Positions 48,831 to 58,125 of a stretch of 64,000 nucleotides of DNA are shown one piece after another; the first letter of the stretch is position 1, and every line of letters starts with the position of its first letter. The stretch lies in IMG/VR virus record IMGVR_UViG_3300032330_002145, positions 1-64,000 of that record; one strand, 5' to 3'. The translations under genes and the position numbers were made by a program. Below the pieces are notes generated by a model. The model made no database searches. It had not been told where the DNA came from and was given only the letters and a program-made list of their open reading frames with translations. This DNA is from a virus. Its lineage: Duplodnaviria > Caudoviricetes.

Positions 48831-49480
48831 TGAATAAAGTTGTTTAATATTTCTTCTAACTCTTTTAAGTTTTTAATTGAGTATAAAGAATTTATATTTT
48901 TATTATATTCCGTCTCGTATTTTATTAATAATTTATCTGACGGATGTTGTAATAATAAATCAGGATTAGCCGTAAGTAAAACGTCTATTTCATTCCACAT
49001 AGAATTAATTGTAGAATTACTATAAAATTTTACATTTTCTACTAAACAACCAAATTTTGATAGAAAAAATAATGATGCTGGTTTTGATTTACCTATTTCA
49101 TCAGATACAATAATTAAATCATGTTTGTCTCTAAAATTATGGTAAAGTCCATTTAAATCATTAAATGTCATATACTCAGTTGATTGTGCATGACCAAAAA
49201 TTTCCATTGTAAATTCTTCAAATAAAAATGAATATAATTCTTCGTCAGCTGAGAATTTAAAATGTTCTTTTAATTCTAAACTTGTAACAGGTAAATTCAT
49301 TTCATATTTAAATGGTTTAGGTAAATTTATTGATTCAGTATTACCTGATAAATCAATATTGTATGTGTCAGTTGGTCCATACTCATCTTCATAACCATCT
49401 AAATAAAATTTTTGGTATGTTTGTTCAATTTTACCAAGAGTATTTCTTAAAACACCGTTAATTTCTATACCAATTCTCAT
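48824..49480 (-). CDS. HAD-fold 5'-nucleotidase-like protein with degenerate motif I
   Basis: RIGIEINGVLRN in place of DxDGVL; C-terminal YETEYN. Confidence 0.55.
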   Translation of the reverse strand: MRIGIEINGVLRNTLGKIEQTYQKFYLDGYEDEYGPTDTYNIDLSGNTESINLPKPFKYEMNLPVTSLELKEHFKFSADEELYSFLFEEFTMEIFGHAQSTEYMTFNDLNGLYHNFRDKHDLIIVSDEIGKSKPASLFFLSKFGCLVENVKFYSNSTINSMWNEIDVLLTANPDLLLQHPSDKLLIKYETEYNKNINSLYSIKNLKELEEILNNFIQC

Positions 49481-50211
49481 TGCTCTTCGTATTTTTCTAA
49501 TATTCTACTAATTAATGGATTTCTTACTATATCGTTTTTATCTTTAAATTCAAAAATTGAAATACTTTCCGAATCTCTAAACTTTTCAATTGCATCCCAT
49601 AAACCACTATGAGTTTTATTTTTGTATTTATCTGATTGTTCGACATCACCTGAAATAAAGAATTTACTATTAAAACCAATTCTAGTTAACAATAATTTCA
49701 TCTGACTTGGAGATGCGTTTTGACCTTCCTCAAAAATTAATATTGAATTATCGATATTCATACCTCTCATATATGCCAAAGCAAATACTTCAATAACCTC
49801 AATTTCTTTTAATTTTTCTCTTGTTTCTTTACCGATAATCTTATTTAATAAATAATAAGATGGGAAGATGTACGGGTCTAATTTCTCTTCAACATTACCT
49901 GGTAATGAACCTAATTTCTCTTCGGCTTCAACCGCAGGTCTTACAATAATAATTTTCTCATAAGGTGTTTTAGGGTCTGAAATTAAATCAATTGCAGCTT
50001 TCATTGTAATATAACTTTTACCAACACCTGCAGGTCCTGAACAAACGGTAATCTCACTTGAAATTAAAGTGTTGTAATATTTCTTTTGATTTTCAGATAA
50101 AAACTTTTCTCTGGTTTTACTTTTTATAATTTGACCAATTTGTTCTTTTTTACTAATCTTTGGTTTAACATCATCACTTGATGTTTGAGTTGTTTTTTTC
50201 TTACTTGTCAT
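49477..50211 (-). CDS. phoH: PhoH family ATPase
   Basis: GPAGVGKSY, IIIVRPAVEAEEKLGSLPG, LAYMRG, EEGQN, LTRIG, GDVEQSD, VRNPLI. Confidence 0.95.
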   Translation of the reverse strand: MTSKKKTTQTSSDDVKPKISKKEQIGQIIKSKTREKFLSENQKKYYNTLISSEITVCSGPAGVGKSYITMKAAIDLISDPKTPYEKIIIVRPAVEAEEKLGSLPGNVEEKLDPYIFPSYYLLNKIIGKETREKLKEIEVIEVFALAYMRGMNIDNSILIFEEGQNASPSQMKLLLTRIGFNSKFFISGDVEQSDKYKNKTHSGLWDAIEKFRDSESISIFEFKDKNDIVRNPLISRILEKYEEQ

Positions 50212-50220
50212 AATTTAATT

Positions 50221-50976
50221 TTAAATAATTATTTTGTCATAAAGTTTTTTCATTTGTTCTTCTTTATATTCGACAGCTCCATATCCTTTAACAAAATGCA
50301 CTAAACTGCTACTATCTAATGTACATTTATTTCTCGACACATCTAAATCTAACCATAGGTATTCACTTAAACTTGGTAAACCCAATTCAAAATAATCTAT
50401 ATAAACATTAAAAATTGGTTGGTCACAAATTCCTCTATGTCTATTAACTTTTAAATAATCGTATAATTTTTGAATATGTGGGAAAATAGTTTTATGAAAT
50501 CCAAAAGTTCCTGCATTATATCCCATAGAATTTTCTTTTGGGTCGTAGTCTCTTGTTCTAAACCATTTTGTAACATTAAATCCATCTTGAGCTTTAATTG
50601 TACCTTTTAAACTTTCTCTAGCTTTAACTAAATGAAATTTTGATTTATCTGATTCTATTGTTTCAAAAAGACCGTCTAAATTTTTCTTACAAATTATATC
50701 GGTATCTAAAAATAAAAAATTATCATATCTATGATAATCAGGGTATTGATAAAATATAAACTTACCTGAATGTCTCCAATCTATTTTAGTTGTCATAAAG
50801 ACTAAACATCTTAATTCCAATATTTTTGGAACCATTGAGTCATCATCCGTGATTATTAGAATATCAACGTCATTAAATTTTCTTATTGATTTAACAAACA
50901 TGTCTAATAATGCAACATATTTTCCTGAGCAAATTGTGTAAATTAAATTTTTATTTTTCATACCCAAAAGTTTCAA
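50221..50976 (-). CDS. GT8-like nucleotide-diphospho-sugar transferase
   Basis: FLFLDTDII, YNAGTF, DQPIFN, VHF. Confidence 0.7.
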   Translation of the reverse strand: MKLLGMKNKNLIYTICSGKYVALLDMFVKSIRKFNDVDILIITDDDSMVPKILELRCLVFMTTKIDWRHSGKFIFYQYPDYHRYDNFLFLDTDIICKKNLDGLFETIESDKSKFHLVKARESLKGTIKAQDGFNVTKWFRTRDYDPKENSMGYNAGTFGFHKTIFPHIQKLYDYLKVNRHRGICDQPIFNVYIDYFELGLPSLSEYLWLDLDVSRNKCTLDSSSLVHFVKGYGAVEYKEEQMKKLYDKIII

Positions 50977-51550
50977 AATCTATCTTATATAAATTATAGA
51001 TAAAATCTTTAATTTCTAAAGTTAGATAACTTCTTTTATCTATTTGGTTATTTAGACTAATGTTACTTCTAAGTAATGGTTTTGTTTCAATACCTAAATT
51101 ACTTTGTATTGTTTTAAAGTCTTCAATAATATTCTCAACTTTCCCTAAATAATCAACAACTAAATTACCATTCTCATAAACATATTCATATTGAGTTAAT
51201 TTATGGTCGATATCAATCTTTGAGTAAAAATTATAAATCCATTTTTTAAAGTGTTCATAATTCACAATTTTCTTTTCTCTCCAAAAAAATTCAGATAATA
51301 CTCTGTCATATGGATTACGAACAAATGAAAATTTATAATATTCATTATAAAATTCTTGGATTTCAGGTCTTGTTTTTAATTGCGTAGATGTAAGATGTTG
51401 TGGACAATATTTAACATCATCAATTATAATCTCACAACGTCTATTAAAAAAACATCTTTGATTTTCTAAACCGTACATTCGTTCAATAGATGTTCCAGCT
51501 GTTTTTGGTATGTGAACAAAAATGAATTTATTTTTATGGTCTATTGGCAT
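50951..51550 (-). CDS. Sulfotransferase family 2 protein
   Basis: FIFVHIPKTAGTSI (5'-PSB) and FSFVRNPYDRVLSEF (3'-PB). Confidence 0.9.
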   Translation of the reverse strand: MPIDHKNKFIFVHIPKTAGTSIERMYGLENQRCFFNRRCEIIIDDVKYCPQHLTSTQLKTRPEIQEFYNEYYKFSFVRNPYDRVLSEFFWREKKIVNYEHFKKWIYNFYSKIDIDHKLTQYEYVYENGNLVVDYLGKVENIIEDFKTIQSNLGIETKPLLRSNISLNNQIDKRSYLTLEIKDFIYNLYKIDFETFGYEK

Positions 51551-51554
51551 TTAA

Positions 51555-52538
51555 TTAATCAATATTTCCTCCACTAAAATAAACTAACCAATAATTAATC
51601 ATTTCATCTAACATAGATTCAAATGTGTAATCATGTGTCCACCCAGTTGATTTTATTAGTTTTGACGAGTCCCCCTTTAAATCATGTAATTCTTCAGGTC
51701 TTAAGAACTTTTCATCTTGGGTAACATATTCTTTGTAATTCAATTTTAATGATGTAAAAACATAATCACAAAGTTCTCTAACTGAATGTGATATTCCTGT
51801 TGAACAAACAAAGTCATCTGAGGTTTCTAATTGTAGAATTTCCCACATTGCCCTAACATAATCTTTAGCATGACCCCAATCACGTGTTGCGTCAAGGTTA
51901 CCCAATTTTAATTCATTAGATAGTCCTAATTTAATCTTAACCGCTTCTTTACATACTTTATTGGTTACGAAGTTTGTTCCTCTTCTTGGAGACTCGTGGT
52001 TGAATAAAATACCGTTAGAGATAAACATACCATATGAGTTTCTGTAATTACGACAAATGTTGTAACTGAATACTTTGGCACAACCGTATGGTGAGACAGG
52101 GTTCATTGGTGTTGATTCTCTTTGATAACCATCAGAATCAATTGAATTACCAAACATCTCAGATGATGACGCTTGGTATATTTTTGTATCAGGTTTGATT
52201 AATTTAACCGATTCAAGAAGATTTAAAGTTCCTAATCCTGTTACGTTGGAAGTATAAATTGGTTGGTCAAATGAAATTCTAACATGTGATTGTGCTGCCA
52301 AATTATATATCTCATCAGGCATCACTTTTTGTATTACATTGATTAATGATGACATATCTGTTAAATCACCATAATGTAATTTTATTTTATCATATACATT
52401 ATCTAATCTAGCGGTTTGATTCTCAGCTACAGAATTTCTTTTTAATATCCCGTGAACTTCATACCCTTTTTCTAAAAGGAATTCTGACAAATATGAACCG
52501 TCTTGTCCATTAATGCCAGTTATTAAAGCTTTTTTCAT
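51555..52538 (-). CDS. gmd: GDP-mannose 4,6-dehydratase
   Basis: ALITGINGQDGSYL, NLAAQSHV, YQASSSEMFG, SPYGCAK, LFNHESPRRG..FVT.K, RDWGHAKDY. Confidence 0.95.
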   Translation of the reverse strand: MKKALITGINGQDGSYLSEFLLEKGYEVHGILKRNSVAENQTARLDNVYDKIKLHYGDLTDMSSLINVIQKVMPDEIYNLAAQSHVRISFDQPIYTSNVTGLGTLNLLESVKLIKPDTKIYQASSSEMFGNSIDSDGYQRESTPMNPVSPYGCAKVFSYNICRNYRNSYGMFISNGILFNHESPRRGTNFVTNKVCKEAVKIKLGLSNELKLGNLDATRDWGHAKDYVRAMWEILQLETSDDFVCSTGISHSVRELCDYVFTSLKLNYKEYVTQDEKFLRPEELHDLKGDSSKLIKSTGWTHDYTFESMLDEMINYWLVYFSGGNID

Positions 52539-53155
52539 TTTAAATGTTTTTTTATAAAAAATCCGTCACCCCAAGTATTTCCAGCCCAATTGGTTTCAAC
52601 TAATTCAAAACCAAAGTCTGATAAAAAATTTTCAAGTTCATTAACTAAAGCATTTTTTTCATATAAAAAATCTCTATTAATTTCTGATATAATATAATCA
52701 ATATTTTCTAAAGTTTTAACTGAACCTTTAAACACTTCTAATTCATACCCTTGAACGTCAATATTAATAAAGTTAAACTTTTTTCTGTCAAAATCAATTT
52801 CATCTAATCGTTTCATTTCGACAATTTCTTTATTATTAAAAACAATATTAGGATATTGTTGAGTATGTAATTGAGGTTTTAAAACAGAACAGGACTGTCC
52901 TTTATTCTCAGATTCAACATACATTTCAATAGTTGTGTTTTCATTACCTAAAGCATAATTGTATAATATTCTATTGTTTGGAACCGACCTTTCTAACATT
53001 ATAAAATTTGATTTAATTGGTTCAAAATATATTACATTATCTATATTTGATTCGGTATATAAACCATCTTCTTCGCCATAATGGGCCCCAATTTGAATAA
53101 CTCCTTTAATATTCAAATTATATTTCTCGACTAATTGTTTAAATTCTAATAACAT
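52535..53155 (-). CDS. FkbM family methyltransferase
   Basis: IQIGAHYG, YFEPI, NYALG, INIDVQGYELEVFKG. Confidence 0.9.
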   Translation of the reverse strand: MLLEFKQLVEKYNLNIKGVIQIGAHYGEEDGLYTESNIDNVIYFEPIKSNFIMLERSVPNNRILYNYALGNENTTIEMYVESENKGQSCSVLKPQLHTQQYPNIVFNNKEIVEMKRLDEIDFDRKKFNFINIDVQGYELEVFKGSVKTLENIDYIISEINRDFLYEKNALVNELENFLSDFGFELVETNWAGNTWGDGFFIKKHLK

Positions 53156-53895
53156 TATATTTTATTTTTTTCTAAAAATTTTTCCATTTTAATTAATTTA
53201 CCTTTACCCGCACCAGGTGAACCTGAGAAATGACAAACTACTTTATTAGGGGTATCATCATCTTTAACATGATGCATAATATAATTATTCAAAGTTCGGG
53301 CTATCAAATTATTTCGATGTAAATAAACATTTAAATAAGGCTGTTCCCAACATACATTAATTTTAAAAATATTTTCATTCATGAAATTATCAATTTCATT
53401 AAATATATTTCCCATGTTTGAATAGAATGAAAAGAATCCGGCATTTACACCTTTAACTGGTCTTTTTTTGTATTCAACAATTTCATCATGATTAAGTAAT
53501 TTAAGTCCCCAATATTGGTCAGTGATATAACCATTTTCTTCTGAAAAATTTATTTTATTAGGTTCTATTACATCAAAAATTTTATTAGGTGAATCAAACC
53601 ATAAAATATCACAGTCACAAAAAATAACTTTTTCATATTCATTTAATTTATCAAATCTATGAATTTTTAATTTGTTCTGAGATGAATCCCTTTTTTGAGG
53701 ACAATCAACGGTTAAAAAATGTACAGGTATTTTAGAATCTAATTTTTTCTCGATACCTAATTTATTTGTTTCATTACAAATAACTAAAATTTCAAAATCA
53801 TTATTATAAAATTTTTCTAAACTATTTAAACTCATTATGAATAAATCTTCATAAAAAGAAATAAACCCTACGGTATAATAAATTAAATTTTTCAT
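53155..53895 (-). CDS. GT8-like glycosyltransferase
   Basis: VIFCDCDIL, VNAGFF, EQPYLN, CHFSG. Confidence 0.7.
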   Translation of the reverse strand: MKNLIYYTVGFISFYEDLFIMSLNSLEKFYNNDFEILVICNETNKLGIEKKLDSKIPVHFLTVDCPQKRDSSQNKLKIHRFDKLNEYEKVIFCDCDILWFDSPNKIFDVIEPNKINFSEENGYITDQYWGLKLLNHDEIVEYKKRPVKGVNAGFFSFYSNMGNIFNEIDNFMNENIFKINVCWEQPYLNVYLHRNNLIARTLNNYIMHHVKDDDTPNKVVCHFSGSPGAGKGKLIKMEKFLEKNKI

Positions 53896-54674
53896 TTTAG
53901 ATTACTTAATATTTCATTCTTCCAAAAACTATAATCTAATATTTCACGATTATATTTTTTTTCTTTAGCCTCGTTTATTTTTGATTTTAATAACTCATAA
54001 TTTGTTAATTCTTGTTCGTTATTTAAAATAACAATAGGTAGTTTTTCATAAAGTTTATAAATTTTAAAATTACCTACTTTTATTGTTATTGGTATTCTAT
54101 TTGAATATAAAACTTCCCATAATCTGTGAGTATCAACGCCATTACCAATTGGACAAATTACTGATTCGTATTCCAACACTTTATTAAAAAACTCTTCTAA
54201 GTGTAAATTGGAATCTTCCCAATCAATATGAGGGGTATTAATTGAGATTTCTTTTATTTTTCTACGATAATTTAAATTAGTATTAATATTAAAATTAGAA
54301 TATATCTTTTTAGATGATGTGATATCTAAATTTCGGTTCAATAAATTTTCTTTTTCTGTAACTCTTTCTAAATAACCAATACCATGACCTTCTCTTAATG
54401 ATGGTAATTTATTTTCTAACCCAATTGGTAATGATTCTAATACCTCATTATTACACAATGCGTTTTGAGCGTACCATTTTTTAACGTTTTTTGGACATAG
54501 ATTAAAAATCCTTTCGTCAATACTATAATCTGAATTACCCGAAATTAAAATTACCTCATTTTTTATTTGTTTAATTCTTTCAAATTCCTGTAATAAAAAA
54601 TCTGTTTTACAAAAAATAATTTGATTACCATCATGTAATTCAGAAAATTTATTTATTTCAATATAATCCATCAT
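53892..54674 (-). CDS. Exostosin/GT47-like protein
   Basis: VICPIGNGVDTHRLWEVLY..IPI. Confidence 0.65.
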   Translation of the reverse strand: MMDYIEINKFSELHDGNQIIFCKTDFLLQEFERIKQIKNEVILISGNSDYSIDERIFNLCPKNVKKWYAQNALCNNEVLESLPIGLENKLPSLREGHGIGYLERVTEKENLLNRNLDITSSKKIYSNFNINTNLNYRRKIKEISINTPHIDWEDSNLHLEEFFNKVLEYESVICPIGNGVDTHRLWEVLYSNRIPITIKVGNFKIYKLYEKLPIVILNNEQELTNYELLKSKINEAKEKKYNREILDYSFWKNEILSNLK

Positions 54675-55264
54675 TTTCTCTTAAAAACACTAAAACCATT
54701 TCCTTCATCTGTTTGAAATAATAATTCATATTCTGAATTACCAATTAGCTCATCGTGTATTTTTTTAGTTTTTAATTGTGTAATATCATCTAAAGCAACA
54801 ACTTTAGTTCTATCTTTTAATTTATTCCATTCAGAATAAGTTGAGAATTCTCCACCATCTAAAAGTAAAAAATCAATCTGACTTGGAAGAGATTCTAATA
54901 AATTTTCACATTGATTAATATTATCAATATCTTCTTTTAACCAAGTTTCTTGTTGAGTATTAATTTCAACACTATTAACAAAATCCAAAACTTCAGATTC
55001 ATTAACTATTGTACCAAGTAATAGTTTAAATTTACCTGAATAATCTTTTAGATTTTGCTCAGCGATTTTATAAAATGATTGATTACTTTCGATTGATACA
55101 AATTCACAATCATCATTTATAATTTCTAAAATACATTTAGTTGAACCTAATCCTTTCCACGTGCCTATTTCTACAATTTTTTTAGGATTGTATTTGTGAA
55201 TTATTTGTTTTAATAATCTACCTCTTTCTGAGTCTAAAATTATTTGTCCTTGTGGGTCTATCAT
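54671..55264 (-). CDS. Class I SAM-dependent methyltransferase-like protein
   Basis: IVEIGTWKGLGST, FVSIES, LLLDGG, ALDD. Confidence 0.7.
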   Translation of the reverse strand: MIDPQGQIILDSERGRLLKQIIHKYNPKKIVEIGTWKGLGSTKCILEIINDDCEFVSIESNQSFYKIAEQNLKDYSGKFKLLLGTIVNESEVLDFVNSVEINTQQETWLKEDIDNINQCENLLESLPSQIDFLLLDGGEFSTYSEWNKLKDRTKVVALDDITQLKTKKIHDELIGNSEYELLFQTDEGNGFSVFKRK

Positions 55265-55947
55265 ACTTTTTTAAAATTTAATATTGATTGTGAAACAGTT
55301 GAATCTTTAATAACATTATTTTTTAATTTTACATGAAAAAATATATTATCATTTCTTAATTTTAATGAATCAAAAATTAACTTAAAAGAACTGTCAATGA
55401 AATGTGATTCAACACTATTTTCCATTAGATAACAATAATCAAAAATATTTTTTGTTAAACTTTGTTTGGGTCTAATTATTGGTAAATTTTTATTAATAAT
55501 ATAAGATTCGTCAATGTTAAAATTTCTTGATTCATCATCGTGAATAAAAACATATTCACCTTCTTTTATATCATATTGTTTAAACAACTCCTGTTCAGAA
55601 TCTAAGTTTCTTTCAACATGAAAGTTTAACCATCGATTTGCAAATGGAATATTGTTTTGTAAGTAAAAACTATCATCAAATTCTATTGATTGAGGATGTC
55701 TCATAAAACCTGCCAAAATAATATCATTTCTATCTACTTTATTTTCCGAAATGTATTTTCTAACAAAAGAATCGTCACCATCAATAAATGATAAATTTTT
55801 TAAATCTCGGTACATGAACTCAACAGAAATTCTGTTATGAGGTTTTACAAACATAACATACTGTTCATTTGAATTGATTAAACTTCTAACCAACCCATTA
55901 CAGATAATATGGTCACCAAGACCTAGATGATGATAGATATATTTCAT
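55261..55947 (-). CDS. Hypothetical glycan-modification protein (GT-like)
   Basis: HHLGLGDHIICNG N-terminus, HFIDSSF; island context. Confidence 0.5.
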   Translation of the reverse strand: MKYIYHHLGLGDHIICNGLVRSLINSNEQYVMFVKPHNRISVEFMYRDLKNLSFIDGDDSFVRKYISENKVDRNDIILAGFMRHPQSIEFDDSFYLQNNIPFANRWLNFHVERNLDSEQELFKQYDIKEGEYVFIHDDESRNFNIDESYIINKNLPIIRPKQSLTKNIFDYCYLMENSVESHFIDSSFKLIFDSLKLRNDNIFFHVKLKNNVIKDSTVSQSILNFKKV

Positions 55948-56576
55948 TTAATATAATGTGATAATTTATTCTCAATGTATGATATTGGAATGTTATTTGA
56001 AACTATTCTTTTTAGGATTTCACCATCTTCACCAGGAATCCATCCTATACTTTCATTGTATTTAAACTTATCAAATAACTCTTTAGTGAATGAAGCATGT
56101 CCACAAGCATAGTCTTTATGATTTATATTCTTAGGGAATGGACAGTTAGGAAAAATACCGTTAATATAATCTTTATAGAAAATTATATCATTTATGTTAT
56201 TCTTATAAAATAAACTATTTCTATCCTTATTCATTGTATAGTTGTGAACTACGGCATTTGAACCGTTCTCAAAAGAACTAATTAAAAATTCATTTCTTTT
56301 AATGTGAGAAATATCATCACCATCCAAAAATGAAATAATATCTGTATTTAATTTACTTGCAGCAATATTTCTATTTTGACATGGATTTTGTCTATCTTTT
56401 GTTTTTGAGATAATAATCTCAAATGAATAATCTTTTAAATTGAGTTCACCATCAAAAGACGAAATACTAATACTAACCTGATTTGGTAATACAGTTGATT
56501 GTTCTAATGAATCTAATAATTGATTCAAAAAACCTAAATGATTAATGTATGTGGGTATTGCAATTCCTAATGTCAT
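55944..56576 (-). CDS. Glycosyltransferase family 2
   Basis: GIAIPTY, QNRNIAA, SFLDGDD. Confidence 0.75.
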   Translation of the reverse strand: MTLGIAIPTYINHLGFLNQLLDSLEQSTVLPNQVSISISSFDGELNLKDYSFEIIISKTKDRQNPCQNRNIAASKLNTDIISFLDGDDISHIKRNEFLISSFENGSNAVVHNYTMNKDRNSLFYKNNINDIIFYKDYINGIFPNCPFPKNINHKDYACGHASFTKELFDKFKYNESIGWIPGEDGEILKRIVSNNIPISYIENKLSHYIK

Positions 56577-57463
56577 TTTATTGTATTTTCAAAAATTAAG
56601 TTATGTAATGATTCAATTACCTCAAATTTAGAACCTTTCTGAATTTCTTCACTCCATCTGTTATGCCAATGCCATGCAAATGCACCATCAAATAGTTCAA
56701 CTTTACCTGTGTTATTGAATGGGTTTAATGGTGTGTTACCAAACCCCCATTCAGAATTAAACCAAACACATGGTAATACCAAAATTGGATTTTTATTTAT
56801 TTTTGAATACATCATATAACCCCATGAAAATGTATTTTTTGATGGGGTAGTCGATTTTAATATTTCTAAAAATTCTAAAGACGTATCAGAATTTTTATTA
56901 AGCTTCATTACCGCTCCGTTCATTTTTAATGGTTCGTTTTTAAACCCTGAAGTACCCCATTGATATAAAAACTCAAAATCATTTAATGGTAAAAAACTAC
57001 GAAGAACTAAAACATCCATATCGATGTAAAATCCTCCATATTTGTGAAGTATTAATAGTCTAAATAAATCACCTTCTAAATAACACTTATCATCATCAAT
57101 TGAATTTTTATCTAATAATAATTCAAAATCTTCCAGTATGGTATTTTTAATTTCTTCATGTAAATCCCATTTTCTAAAAGTAATAAATTTTTTAATTTCC
57201 TTTAGAAAAAGATTCTCAGTAAGGTCTACATTTGACCATAAATTAATTTCAACAGTATCTAAAATATCTTTATGGTTTACAATAATTGACTTTAATACTG
57301 CAAGTTGTTTTCTTCCAAAATCTTGAGGTACCCTCCAAAAACAATGGAATACTAATTTATTGTTATCACTACATTTTAAATTTTTAGCGTAATTAAGTGA
57401 ATTTATATAATCATCTTCAGATGGACTATATAAGTCCATATTATTATCCAAATAAGTTATCAT
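56573..57463 (-). CDS. GT32 (DXD-containing) glycosyltransferase
   Basis: GDLFRLLILHKYGGFYIDMDV; AWHWHN. Confidence 0.85.
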   Translation of the reverse strand: MITYLDNNMDLYSPSEDDYINSLNYAKNLKCSDNNKLVFHCFWRVPQDFGRKQLAVLKSIIVNHKDILDTVEINLWSNVDLTENLFLKEIKKFITFRKWDLHEEIKNTILEDFELLLDKNSIDDDKCYLEGDLFRLLILHKYGGFYIDMDVLVLRSFLPLNDFEFLYQWGTSGFKNEPLKMNGAVMKLNKNSDTSLEFLEILKSTTPSKNTFSWGYMMYSKINKNPILVLPCVWFNSEWGFGNTPLNPFNNTGKVELFDGAFAWHWHNRWSEEIQKGSKFEVIESLHNLIFENTIK

Positions 57464-57465
57464 TA

Positions 57466-58125
57466 TTAAAATACATATTTATAATCATCCCCAACAGGTT
57501 TATCATTTTCATCCATTCTTTCACCTACAAATCTTCCTGGTTCTCTCATGATAGGAAAAGGTTTTTTCTCAAAAAACTCATCGTGAGTACATCTATCATT
57601 TTCAAAGATAGAATAAACATTTGCAAGAAATGTTTGGTCTGAACCATAAGATAAGTTTTTACCTTTAATGAAATTATTAATCATTTCGGTAATTGGAACC
57701 ATTCCTTTCTTGATTCCCCACATACCTCCTAAAATACCTAATCCACTGTTTCCGTATGGTATTCTATGAGCCGGATGGTCTCTCATTACGTGTAACGATT
57801 TACCACTTATAATCCATTCATCAACAGCTAACTTTTCTCTAACAGTTAATCTTGAATCGGTATCTCTGAAAATACAATATTCCGCCTCATCAAGGTCAAA
57901 TGCAAAAAATCTCCAAAACATACCATATACTTTTTTACCTGTCATATCAACAAGTAACACATTAAGTTCTTCTAATTTATCAATAATATCGGAAGGAACA
58001 CTATCATCATAATAGACAACCATTTTCCATTCAGGGTAGATACTTTTCCATAATTCGGCGTTTTTAATTGCTCCGATATTATACATTGGGTTATCTCCCC
58101 ATAAACTAAAACTTAAATAATTCAT
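57466..58125 (-). CDS. Putative glycosyltransferase (GT-A-like)
   Basis: SFSLWG...GAIKNAE, MFWRF, IFRDTDSR, HVMRDHPAH, GGMWG, DQTFL. Confidence 0.55.
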   Translation of the reverse strand: MNYLSFSLWGDNPMYNIGAIKNAELWKSIYPEWKMVVYYDDSVPSDIIDKLEELNVLLVDMTGKKVYGMFWRFFAFDLDEAEYCIFRDTDSRLTVREKLAVDEWIISGKSLHVMRDHPAHRIPYGNSGLGILGGMWGIKKGMVPITEMINNFIKGKNLSYGSDQTFLANVYSIFENDRCTHDEFFEKKPFPIMREPGRFVGERMDENDKPVGDDYKYVF

